DNA of 64,000 nucleotides from NCBI GenBank assembly GCA_963789075.1, contig CAWBJQ010000012.1:23306-87305 (forward strand), written 5' to 3'. Below the pieces are notes generated by a model. That model was not told the origin of the DNA. It was given only the letters and a program-made list of their open reading frames with translations, and did not search any database. Below are positions 20,262 through 30,356 of the stretch, one piece after another. The DNA is from an uncultured Acidobacteriota bacterium (GTDB lineage Bacteria > Acidobacteriota > Vicinamibacteria > Vicinamibacterales > CAVVIG01). The position numbers and the translations under genes were made by a program. Positions within the stretch are counted from its first letter, which is position 1. Each line of letters begins with the position of its first letter.

Positions 20262-21130
20262 TTAGTGAACAGCGGCGGCCCCGATGCTGCCTTCAACCCC
20301 TGACCAGGTCCACGCCTGCCAGATGATGACCAAGGTGCAAACAGTTTCGATCGTCGCGAAGAACAAGTACTCAGGAAAAGCGGGCGGCCTGCCCCATCCG
20401 GCCAGAGGCGGAACGAAGGTCAGGAAACCGTTTACAAGGGTCAAAATGCCACCCGCGATGATATTCGCCAGCCGGTTCGCTCTAAACGGAAGCAGTCGAC
20501 ACGCCAGAATCATGGCGATGGGTATTTCCATCAAGACCGCTGAACCCATCAGAGCCCATTGGGGGAGAGGCTCGAATGAATTTCGCGGCCAGCAATAGCG
20601 AACAGGGCAACGACGTCCGCATACAGGTAGTTCAATAACGCGAAGATCCACAGTAGAGACAACCGCTCCTTTGTGTCAGGCATGTCAACCTCCCTCCGGA
20701 ATAGTTCCGGTCCCGCCGCGCCCCGTCGCAGACTCCACAGTCCGCGCGCCGAAAGGATGAAGGTGAAGCCCCCGAGCCCGCCGAGCGCCCAGAGTGTCCA
20801 GACGAAGAAGAAGCCGCCGGTGGACCTGGCGATCTCGCCGTAGTGCGCCCCCCTCATGTGGATGACGGGCATGCCTGCCGCGAACAACCCGACGAGCAGC
20901 ATGATGACGTGCCCCGATCGCCGTTCGGCGAGCACGAGCGTCCCGTACAGGAAGACCACGAGGACGAGCAGCGCGGTGTTTGAGGGCTCGGCCTTCGATA
21001 TCCCGCGGACGATGTCGTCCGTCACGTGAAGCGTCAGCAAGAGGATCGAAAGCAGAGACGTGACGACCAAGGTTGCGTTGTGTCTGATCATGCGCGCCAA
21101 TAGAGTGGCGGCACGCGTGCGCTCGAACAA
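20262..21130 (-). CDS. Polytopic membrane protein with two similar 4-TM halves; one frameshift near 20640
   Basis: ORFs 20549..21130 and 20262..20651 join. The ATG for MIRHNATLVV is at 21091; the track begins at TTG 21130. Confidence 0.5.
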
Positions 21131-21172
21131 CCCGCTTGCGACGAAGAGCGGATTGGCGCGGACGAACGGCGG
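21092..21172 (-). promoter_or_regulatory. Copy A of a conserved roughly 90-nt element, in the 81-nt intergenic gap between the LytTR gene stop and the membrane-gene start
   Basis: Blocks gtccgcgccaatccgctcttcgtcgcaagcgg and tattggcgcgcat are shared with 23161..23260. Confidence 0.5.
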
Positions 21173-21964
21173 CTACATCTGACGAAACAGATGCAGGTAG
21201 TTGCGGCTCACCGGCAGAACGTCATCTCGACCCTTGACGTGAATCTCGGCCGTTTCGTTGTCATGCCGCTTGACATGGCTGATCGCGCGCAGATTCACGA
21301 CGACCGACCGATGGACTTGCGCGAATTGTTCCGCATCAAGCTGCTCGAGCAGCTCCTTGAGCGGCGTCCGCACCACCGCCTCGGCCGGTCTCCCTCCATC
21401 GCGCCAGGCGACGATGGTGTACTTCGCGTCGGAGCGAAGGTAATCGACGTCATTGATCGCGATGAGGCGCACGGTATTCCCCGCTTGCGCGCGAATCCAT
21501 CGCAGCGCCTCGCTCTTGCCGCCGCCGCTCTGCAGCTTCGCGAGCTGCTCGCTCAGTTGCTGCAACAGCTGCTCGGTGTTGATCGCCGGCCTCGACGACC
21601 GCACACGCTCTTTGAGACGGCTCACGGTTTCCGCGAGCCGCGCCTGTTCGACCGGCTTCAGCAGGTAGTCGAGTGCGCCCTGCGCGAAGGCCTGTACCGC
21701 GTAGTGATCGTACGCGGTCACGAACACGAGATGCGCGCGCCGGCCGATGTGGTTCGCGGCATCGACACCGGAGAGGCCCGGCATGTGGACGTCGAGGAAA
21801 CAGATGTCGGGATGACGCTCGTCGAACAACCGAACCGCCTCCCGCCCGTTCCGCGCCTCGGCGACAATCTCGAGCTCGGGCCACACGGTCGCAAGCTGGC
21901 GCCGCAGCGCGTCGCGCAGCAGCGGTTCATCGTCCGCGATCAACGCTGTCGCGTCGGTATTCAT
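21173..21964 (-). CDS. LytTR-family response regulator (receiver plus LytTR DNA-binding domain), intact
   Basis: MNTDATALIADDEPLLRDALRR..ICFLDVHMPGLSG..LVFVTAYDHYAVQAF..DYLLKP..VVNLRAISHV. Confidence 0.85.
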   Translation of the reverse strand: MNTDATALIADDEPLLRDALRRQLATVWPELEIVAEARNGREAVRLFDERHPDICFLDVHMPGLSGVDAANHIGRRAHLVFVTAYDHYAVQAFAQGALDYLLKPVEQARLAETVSRLKERVRSSRPAINTEQLLQQLSEQLAKLQSGGGKSEALRWIRAQAGNTVRLIAINDVDYLRSDAKYTIVAWRDGGRPAEAVVRTPLKELLEQLDAEQFAQVHRSVVVNLRAISHVKRHDNETAEIHVKGRDDVLPVSRNYLHLFRQM

Positions 21965-23031
21965 GTGTGTGCCGGCATATCGACTTCGACGGCGACGCCG
22001 CGGGAGGCGCCGGACATCAGGCGCAGTTGCGCTGCGTCGCCGAAGCTCAGCTGCAGCCGCTCGCGCAGAGTCGTGAGCCCGGTCCCGAGACCGCTCGCCG
22101 ATTGATGAAGTCCGGCGCCCGTGTCGGTGACGCGGACCACACATCGCTCACCACGCCGTTCGATGTCGATGTCGATCCGGCCTCCTTCTTCGCTGGGGTC
22201 GATCCCGTGTCGGACGGCATTCTCAACCAGCGTCAACAGGGTGGTCGGAGGACAGCGGATCTTCAACGCCGACGGGTCGACGTTCATCGCGTACTGGAGG
22301 CGATCGGGCATGCGCATCTGCATCAGCTCGAGATATGGTCGAACGAGCTGCAGCTCGCGCTCGATCGTTGCGGCGGACTCGTGGAGCAGCGGCACCGCCG
22401 CGCGCAGGTACGCGGTGAGGCTCCGCAGCACGACCGACGCATGCGGCGAGCCCGCATCGACGAGCGCCTGCACGTTCGCGAGTGTGTTGAAGAGGAAATG
22501 CGGCGCGACTTGCGCCTGCAGCAGATGCAATCGCGCGTCGAGCGCCTGACGTTCGAGCTCACTGCGCTCGAGCGCGAACGAGAGGTTCTGATCGCGAGCG
22601 AAGGCTTCCTTCTGCCGAACGACCGCCGCGAGCACCGTCCACGGCGCGAGCAGAAGGCCGATGAACGTCAGGTGCGTCCATCCGTCCATGCGGCTGGGAT
22701 CCTCCCAGAACGGCGGCGCACCGCGCCGAGTGGACAGAATGTAGATCAGCAACGTCGTCACCGGCATGAAGACGCCGACGGCAACGACTTGAAGCGCCCA
22801 TCGCTGCAGCCAGCGCGGCAGCCTCCGAGGCCACACTTCGAAGAGAGCGAACGCAGTCGTCGCGGACAATCCGATGATGATGGTGCGGAGGAAGAGTGAG
22901 GATGGAGAAGTTGTCCATCCGTGCATCAAGAGGAGCCCGACGCCGATCGACATGGTCAGCGCAACGGCAACGCGCCGCGACATCTTCGCAATCATGCCGG
23001 CCGGTCTCGCGGCCGTCTCCAGTTCGGACAT
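21961..23031 (-). CDS. LytS-type sensor histidine kinase, intact
   Basis: TM-rich N-terminus, then QVAPHFLFNTLANVQALV (H-box), LVENAVRHGIDP, VTDTGAGL (HATPase_c). Confidence 0.8.
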   Translation of the reverse strand: MSELETAARPAGMIAKMSRRVAVALTMSIGVGLLLMHGWTTSPSSLFLRTIIIGLSATTAFALFEVWPRRLPRWLQRWALQVVAVGVFMPVTTLLIYILSTRRGAPPFWEDPSRMDGWTHLTFIGLLLAPWTVLAAVVRQKEAFARDQNLSFALERSELERQALDARLHLLQAQVAPHFLFNTLANVQALVDAGSPHASVVLRSLTAYLRAAVPLLHESAATIERELQLVRPYLELMQMRMPDRLQYAMNVDPSALKIRCPPTTLLTLVENAVRHGIDPSEEGGRIDIDIERRGERCVVRVTDTGAGLHQSASGLGTGLTTLRERLQLSFGDAAQLRLMSGASRGVAVEVDMPAHT

Positions 23032-23160
23032 GACGTGAGAATACCTGCTTGTGGGCGACCGGAGTGCGTTTCCAGCGATCGAGCCTGAGTGTCAGGTACA
23101 CCGGTCTAGCGACGATCGACCATCCGACGTGCAGCGCCAGCGACGATGGGCGGTCTCTCG

Positions 23161-23260
23161 ATATGCGCGCCAATATCACGCCGCGCCGCCCTGAGAACAA
23201 TCGGATTGCGACGAAGTGTGGATTCGCGCGGACGATGGAGACCGCGAACAGCAGCGGTTC
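23161..23260 (-). promoter_or_regulatory. Copy B of the conserved element, upstream of the histidine-kinase gene
   Basis: About 85% identity to 21092..21172, including atgcgcgccaata and ttgcgacgaag. Confidence 0.5.
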
Positions 23261-23289
23261 GCATCCGGTCAGGGTTTTGTTACAGGCTC

Positions 23290-25942
23290 TTAGGGTGAAG
23301 CCGGCCCTCTGACCACCTGAACGAAGCCGTCCGGGCGAATCCACTTCGCGAACGCCGCCCGCACTTCGTCCGCCGTCATCGAAAAGTAGCGCTTCGCCGA
23401 TCGTGCCGGTTCGTCGAGCGGCAAGCCGATCTGCGCCCTGCCGAGCAGCCCTCCGGCGACGGCCTCCTCGCTCGATTCGCGAAGCGGCATCTGACGCAGC
23501 AGCAGCGCCTTGGCCTGGTGGAGCTCCTGTGCGGTCACGTTGGTCGTTTGCATCGACCGCAGGTCGCGCGCGATCAGGTCGCGCGCCTTCGAGACATTCG
23601 GCGGGTCGCATCCGTAGCTGACGCTATAGACGCTTCGCGTCCTGTCCGACGTGAGATTGTCGTCGACCGTGTAGACAAGCCCCGCTTCCTGACGCAGATC
23701 GTGATAGAGCCGGGTCGCGTAGAAGCCGCCGCCCAGCACGTGATTGCCCAGCTGCAGCGCGTAGTAGTCGGGATCGAAGCGCGTGAGGCCGACTTCGTGC
23801 GCGAGCACCACTGACGCCTGCACCGCGCTCGGATCGGGCACGGCGACTTCGGCGGCGGCGTTCGCCGGCACCGCGGCAGATCGAGCAGCGGCTTGGGCGC
23901 GGATGCCTTCCAGCCGCCAAACCATTTCGTGATGGTCGCCTTGGCGTCCTCTGGCGTGACGTCGCCGATCACGACGATCGTCGTGAGATCGGGCCGGAAC
24001 GTCTCGGCGTGATACCGCTTGACATCGTCGAGCGTGAGCACGGAGACGGTCTCCGGGGTCGCCTCCCGCAATCCGGGATCATTGGCCGGCAGCAAGCCCG
24101 GTGCGAAGCGCGCGATCCGCCCGGTAGCCGGGACTCTTCATCTCCCCGTCGACGAACTCGGCCGTCTGCTGTTTGACCACCTCGAACGCCTCGGCGGGAA
24201 GGGCGGGCTGCAGCAGGTTGTCGGCGAGCAGCTCGACGCCGCGCGAAAAATCCGCCTTCAGGACTTTCAGCGAGAAGTCATAGCCCGCGGTCTCGTTCGC
24301 GGCGATGTCGTCGAGCGCCTTCTGGAACGCCAGGCGATCGAGCGTCTTCGTGCCGTAGGAAAAGAGCTCGTCGAGGACGTCGGCGACGCCGTCCTTACCC
24401 GCGGGTGTCTGCAGGCGCGGCTCGTGCCGGACGTTGCCGAGCACCGTGATCGTGGGACTCGTTTTCTCGGTCTTGACGATCAGGCGAATGCCGTTCGGCA
24501 GCGTCGCGTCGGTCCAGGTCGGCGTCGACTGCGGAATCTGCAGCGAGGACAACGCCGATTCCGCCCAGGGCGGCAGCGTGACCGGTTTGGTCGGCGCGGA
24601 CGTCAGTTGTTCGCCGCCGCCGAATCCCTTCGATGACACCGGCTCGCCCGACGGCTTCGGCACCAGCGTCGCCGTGATCGAGTTGTCGGCAACCAGATAC
24701 TGTTTGGCGACGCGGTTCACGTCCGCGACGGTCACGCGTCGGATGGCTTCGACGTCTTCGTCCGGCGATTGACGACCCTCGGCGGCCAGCGCCTGCGACC
24801 AGGTGGCGGCCAGGTCCGGAATCGAGTTGCGCTGGAACTCGGCCGAGGCGATCTCGCTCCGCTTCGCGGCGTCGACCAGTTCGAGCGGCAGCCCCTTTTG
24901 CGCGTATGCCGACACGATGGCCGTCATGCTCGCGACGACCGCGGAGGGTTCAGTCGCGGCCGGCAGCACGCCAACCGCGAACCCGACGCTGGCCTTCGGA
25001 TACGTTTCGGCCAGCTCGAACTGCGTTTCGAGCGCCTTGCCCGCCGGCACGAGCGCGTAGAGATCGCCGCGCTGGCTCGCCAGGACGTCGGCCAGAACCC
25101 GCGCGGCGGCGAAGTCGGCGCTGTCGGTGCCCGGCATGCGATACGCGATGAACGCCAAGCGTGTACGGCAGGTTGCTGTCGAGCGTGAAGGTCTCCGGCT
25201 TCACGGGCTGCAGCGTCACGTCCGGGCGCGCCGGCAGCGGACGGCGTTCGATGCTTCCGTACAGCTCTTTGACGCGCTTCAGCACAGCGGCGGGATCGAC
25301 ATCGCCGGCCACGACGAGGATGGCGTTGTTCGGCGCGTACCAGTTCTTGTAGAACGTCTTGAGCATCGGGCCCGTCGTCGCCTCGAACGATTCGCGCGTG
25401 CCCAGCGCATCGTGCGCGTACGGCGTGCCGGAAAACAGGTCTTCGTTCAGGCGCGTCAGGAACTTGTAGGTCGGCTCCGACAGATCGCGCGCGACTTCCT
25501 GCTCGATCGCGCCTTTCTCCTGTTCCCACTCGGTCTGCGCATCGTCGACATCCTGCATGCACGCGGCGTCGAGGCGAAGCGCGACGTCGAGGTCGGCGGC
25601 CGGCACCGTCGTGAAGTACTGCGTGATGTTCTGCTGCGTGTCGGCGTTGCCGAAGCCGCCAAGCTGCGCGAAGATCGCGGCGGTCTGATCGGCCGATACG
25701 CCCGCGCACCCTCGGAACGCCATGTGCTCCTGCGCGTGCGCCATCCCCGGGAAGCCGGCCGGCGTCTCGTTCGCGCCGACGAGATAGTTGCTCTGGACCG
25801 TCACGACCGGGGCCAGCCGATCGCGAATGATCACGACTCGGAGACCGTTATCGAGCGTCGCACGGACGACGTCTGGCTCCGCGATCGCGGTTTGACGAGC
25901 GCTCGGCGCCGAGGGCGGCAACACGAGCAGTAAGGAAGGCAA
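23290..25942 (-). CDS. Secreted M16-family (pitrilysin-like) zinc peptidase, about 880 aa; at least 3 frameshifts
   Basis: The HxxEH zinc motif GMAHAQEHMAFRG sits in ORF 24950..25942. Downstream fragments lie in ORFs 24079..25158, 23574..24095 and 23290..23925. Signal peptide LLLVLPPSAPSARQ. Confidence 0.75.
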
Positions 25943-26072
25943 TGAGGCGGACCGCTTTGCTCATTGCCTTCTACTCTACTCGCTCAGCGAGGCGACGCGG
26001 CTGGGCTATCCAACGAATGGCCGCTTCCGGAGGATGGGCGGCTCGACGCGCGACAGACTCAGCTGGTGCAGA

Positions 26073-27510
26073 TCACTTTCGGCCTTGTTGCCACGCGATG
26101 AAGACGTTCTGCCAAATCAGGAAATCGTCCTGCGTCACGACGCCATCCCGGTTCATGTCCATTCGCCGGTCGATGCTGTCGTGCGTGCTGCTGCCGTGGT
26201 CGATCACGAGCAGCAGCGCTGTCCTGTCTTTGGCGTCCAGGACGCCGTCGTCGTTGAAATCACCGAGCAGCGGATTGAATCCGATGACGATGGGGTCGTG
26301 ATCCGAGGCGGCGAACTCGTCGGGTCCAAAGTACGCGACACGGGCAGCTGCGCTCTTCACGCCGCTGTCGAGCGCCTCCAGCGCCGCCGGTTCATCAGCG
26401 TTGACGTGGAGCTCCCTTACGTTCTTCACCAGCGGGAGCGCGGCAGCATTGACGAAAGCGTGGTCAAGGTAACCCGCCTGTGAATCGAAGTTGTAGGAAT
26501 AGGCGTTCGCCCCGAGCAGCAGGTTGATCAGATTGGTGTAGCCGCCGGACCCCACCAGCGCCTGAATGGGATCCTCCCCGAAATACGCGTTGAAATCGCC
26601 GATGACGACAGATCGGCGATTCACGCCTGCTGGATCCGATGTGGGATTGCCGTCGAGCCAGGAGATGACGTTGTTCGCCATCGAAACACGCATCCCGTTG
26701 CAGTTGCCTTGAAAGAGATCGTCGTTGCCGGGGCCGCATGCCGAGCCCTTCGAACGGAAATGGTTCACGACGACAGTGAACGTCTGCTGCTCGGGATGAA
26801 TGCCGGTCGCCGGCTCGAATGTCTGCGCGAGCGTTGGCCGGTTCTGGTCGTTTTGGTTGTAGAGCGCGGCCTGACCCACCGGCGTGACGGTGCTCGCGTC
26901 GTACACGAAGCCGCTGCGAATCGCGTCGGTGCCGTTGTCCGCAACGACGTTGCCCGTGGAAAGGTTGGCGACGTCAATGGTATCGACGTATCGATAATTC
27001 CTGCCGGTGGCGGCGGCGAGCGCAGACGTCAAATCGGCGATCGCGGCATTGGTGTACGTCCCGCCATTCGTTTGACCGTTGGCGAAATTCTGCAGCTCGC
27101 TGAGACCGATCACATCTCCGCCGGCCCGGCTCAACTCCGCCACGATTTTCGTGCGCTGGTGCGTCAGTTCTTCGGCGGTCGCCGCGCCGCGACTGCCCAA
27201 CGTGGTGAAGAAGTTGAGAACGTTGGCGCTGACGATTCTGAAACGCGCGCCCGCGGCAGCGGCCACCGCCGCGGTATCGGGACGCGGATTGGAGACGTTT
27301 GAGAACGTCACCGCGGAGGTGGGCTGGATGCGATAGGCGCCGAAGCGATCGTCGAGAATGCCGACCAGCGGAACAGGTGGATTCTCTCCGTTCGCGTTGA
27401 CGAGCGCCCCCCACGCGGAGCGTGTTCGAGTCGCTCAGACCCGGAGCAGGGTACGGAGCAACCGTGCCACCATTCAGGCCGGTGCCGGACAGCGTGCTGC
27501 CATCATCCAA
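26073..27510 (-). CDS. Secreted endonuclease/exonuclease/phosphatase-family nuclease with two C-terminal dockerin/EF-hand-like Ca-binding repeats; frameshift at the C6 run 27407..27412; N-terminus unresolved
   Basis: RFRIVSANVLNFF..VIGLSELQNF..VIGDFNAYF..ASDHDPIVIGF, then DFNDDGVLDAKD and DMNRDGVVTQDD. Confidence 0.7.
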
Positions 27511-27601
27511 CGCGATTCGACTGCGGCCAACGAGGTCAGTGGCCGCCGCCCACGTGGCGACGTCGCCGGCCTGCTGCGTCTTTGGGCGGTCGGAGCGGGG
27601 C

Positions 27602-28498
27602 TCAACGCTGAGAAGCAGTTGTGGCGCTCGCGGTCAGCAGCTGTTTGATCTGCCGGACGGCGTAATCGACCTTCATCTCGAACATCCGCTTACCGAGCTC
27701 CGTGCTGGAGCGGCGTGCGTCCCCGGTAATGCCGTTGTTCACTTTGCGCTCCGGTCGCTCGCCTGCCGCAGGCACAGGATCTCCGACCGCCGTCTTGATC
27801 AGATCCTTGCGGACCCAACCGTACGAGCCGCCGAGATACAGCATCTCTGACGTGTCCGGAATGCCGGCATGCGAGCTCTTCGGATATCCGTTCGTCGCGA
27901 GCCACGTGTCGAAGTCGGCATTGGCTTTGTCGTACACCTCGCCGCAGAAGACGACGCGAATGCCCTGAGATGCATATTTTTCATCGAGCCTCTTCGCCAC
28001 CTCGCCAAGCTCCTTCTGCCCGCCGCCGTGATCGCCCATGAGCACCACGCTCTTGAAGCCGGTCTTGATCAATTGCTCGGCCACCTGTTCGTTCAGCGCC
28101 GCGTACAACTGTGGCGTCAGGCCGATCGTCCCAGGAAGATCAGCGCTCGCGTTGTTGGGAGAGAACGGCATCACCGGCGCGGCGATGGCGTTTCCGAGTT
28201 TGAGCGCGATGGCCTTCACGGTCGCACGCCCCATCAGGGTGTGCCCGCCGTTGACATTCTGCGGACCTCGCTGCTCCGTGCCGCCGTTGTAGACGAGCGC
28301 GGTGGTCTTCCCCGCCGCGAGCGCGCTCTTCACTTCCGGCCACGTCATCATCTCGAATTCGACCAGCGGCGCGCTGGTACGCAGCGTCGGAGACATGTGC
28401 GGCGCGGCGGCGGAGTGCGATCGGGGGGCCGTCTGTCCGATCGCGGGAGAGGCGAACGTGGCGAGCGTGCAAACCATTGCAAGCGAGCGATACAACAT
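27602..28498 (-). CDS. Creatininase-family amidohydrolase with signal peptide, intact
   Basis: MMTWPEVKSALAAGKTTALVYNGGTEQRGPQ..AAPVMPFSPN. Confidence 0.65.
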   Translation of the reverse strand: MLYRSLAMVCTLATFASPAIGQTAPRSHSAAAPHMSPTLRTSAPLVEFEMMTWPEVKSALAAGKTTALVYNGGTEQRGPQNVNGGHTLMGRATVKAIALKLGNAIAAPVMPFSPNNASADLPGTIGLTPQLYAALNEQVAEQLIKTGFKSVVLMGDHGGGQKELGEVAKRLDEKYASQGIRVVFCGEVYDKANADFDTWLATNGYPKSSHAGIPDTSEMLYLGGSYGWVRKDLIKTAVGDPVPAAGERPERKVNNGITGDARRSSTELGKRMFEMKVDYAVRQIKQLLTASATTASQR

Positions 28499-28527
28499 GT
28501 GTCAACTCCTGAATTGAAAGATGAACG

Positions 28528-29461
28528 CTATTTCTTTCCGACAAACTGCAGATCGACAGACTTCGGATCGGCTCCCACCACGGTCTTGTCCATCTTCGGC
28601 AGCACGTCCTCCATCGTCTCGAGATACAGACGCGTCGCCGTTTCGCGTGGCGCCTTCGCGTATTCCTGAGCGAGTCCGCTGAAGCGCGCGGCGTCGCCGG
28701 CCGCGGCATCCACCGTCTGCGTGTTGTAGGCGAGCGCCTCCTGCCCGGTTTTCGGCGGCCTCGCCCCGCGCCACCGGGACGACGCCGTTGGCGTAGCTCT
28801 CCGCTTCGCGGACGATGCGGTCGCTGTCGGCGCGCGCGGCCGCCACCAGCCGAAACGCGTCGACCACGTCGTCCGGCGGCACAATGGCGTCCAGCACGAC
28901 GCTCAGCACGCTCACTCCGCAGTCGTATCGACTCACGGTCGCTTCCGACAGCGCTTGCACGCGCTCCTGCACCGCCACCTTCTCCGTCGTGAGCAGGTCG
29001 TCGACGCCGCGGCCGGCGACCACCTGCGCCAGCGCGCCGAGCGTGGCGTTGGAGACGAGCGTGTTCACGTCGGCCGTGCGAAACAGAAAGGCCGCCGGAT
29101 CGCTGATCGCGAACTGCACGACGACCCGGATGTTGAGCACGTTGCGATCGCCGGTCAGGAACTGGGATCGGTTGACGGGCTCCGTCTCCTCGAGTCCGAG
29201 CATCAGCCGTTTGGTTTCGCGCACGCGCAGCTTGTGCACGCGGGCGATGGGCGCCGGCCATGTCCAGTGGACACCGGACGGCACGCGGCTCTCTTGCACT
29301 TTCCCCAGCCGCACGACCACGGCCTGCTGATCGGCCGACACGGCGTAAATGCCGGAGAGCGCATAGACGAGCAGCAAGGCGGGCACCACGACACGGATGT
29401 CGAGCAGACGGCGCAGCCACGGCTGCTGAACGCTGACCGGTTCGCCGACGTCAGCGAGCAT
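28528..29461 (-). CDS. hflK: HflK (SPFH/band-7); one frameshift near 28880
   Basis: TM, then AVVVRLGKVQESRVPSGVHWTWPAPIARV, then C-terminus GDAARFSGLAQEYAKAPRETATRLYLETMEDVL. Confidence 0.75.
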
Positions 29462-30356
29462 CGGGCACTTTCCCTTGCGTGAGCAGCTTGAGCAGTTCGG
29501 AATCGCCCGACAGGATGATCGACGTCTTCTCGTTCAGAATCTTTTTGTAGGACTCGAGCGTGCGGAGGAACTTGTAGAACTGGGGATTCCGCCCGTACGC
29601 CTGGCCGTACACACGCGCCGCTTCGGCGTCTCCTTCGCCCTTCAGCTTTTCAGCATCGCGGTAGGCCTCGGCCAGCAGCTCCGAGCGCTGACGATCCGCC
29701 TCCGCGCGGATTTTGATCGCCTGCTCCTCGCCCTGCGCGCGGTATTCCTTGGCGATGCGCTCCCGCTCCGCTCGCATGCGTGCGTAGACGGCGTACTTGT
29801 TCTGCTCGGGAAAGTTGATCCGTTTGAGCTGCAGATCGACGACGGCGATGCCGAACCGCCGCTCGGTCTCGACCGTCGCCGACGACCGCACCTGATCGCC
29901 GAGCGCCTGGACGCGCGCCCGTCCTGGCTCGATCGACAGCAGGTCCGACAGATCCACGCGACCGATGTCCGCCGCGAGGGTCGCCCACACGAGGTCGTGC
30001 AGCCGCATCTCGGCACCAGTGGCATCGCCGACCGTCTGCAGGAAGCGGCTGGGATCCGTGATGCGCCAGCACACGGCCGATCCGAGCACGAGGTTCTTCT
30101 TGTCCTTCGTCAGGAATTCCGACGACCCGGGGTCGTAGACGATCAACCGGCGATCGAATCGCAGAACCGATTCGAAGGGCCATTTGACGTGAAGACCGGC
30201 GTCGGAAATGGAGCGGGTTGGCCGCCCGAACAGCGTCACCATCGCCAGGTCGGTCTCCGACACAGTAAAGGTCGATGCCCAGACCAGTCCGGCCACCACG
30301 ACCACCGGAACGACACGCCAGTAGGATTGGTTCAGTTTCATCTCATCGTTCCTCAT
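29451..30356 (-). CDS. hflC: HflC (SPFH/band-7), intact
   Basis: MKLNQSYWRVVPVVVVAGLVW..GLHVKWPFESVLRFDRRLIVYD..YARMRAERERIAKEYRAQGEEQA..NPQFYKFLRTLESYKKIL. Confidence 0.8.
   Translation of the reverse strand: MRNDEMKLNQSYWRVVPVVVVAGLVWASTFTVSETDLAMVTLFGRPTRSISDAGLHVKWPFESVLRFDRRLIVYDPGSSEFLTKDKKNLVLGSAVCWRITDPSRFLQTVGDATGAEMRLHDLVWATLAADIGRVDLSDLLSIEPGRARVQALGDQVRSSATVETERRFGIAVVDLQLKRINFPEQNKYAVYARMRAERERIAKEYRAQGEEQAIKIRAEADRQRSELLAEAYRDAEKLKGEGDAEAARVYGQAYGRNPQFYKFLRTLESYKKILNEKTSIILSGDSELLKLLTQGKVPDAR

Noticed and set aside
22559-23611. A 350-aa ORF overlapping the histidine-kinase gene on the same strand in another frame
   Set aside because: The kinase frame carries the H-box and HATPase motifs. 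The alternative frame is Arg-rich with no domain signal. Its upstream end merely reads through the conserved non-coding element.
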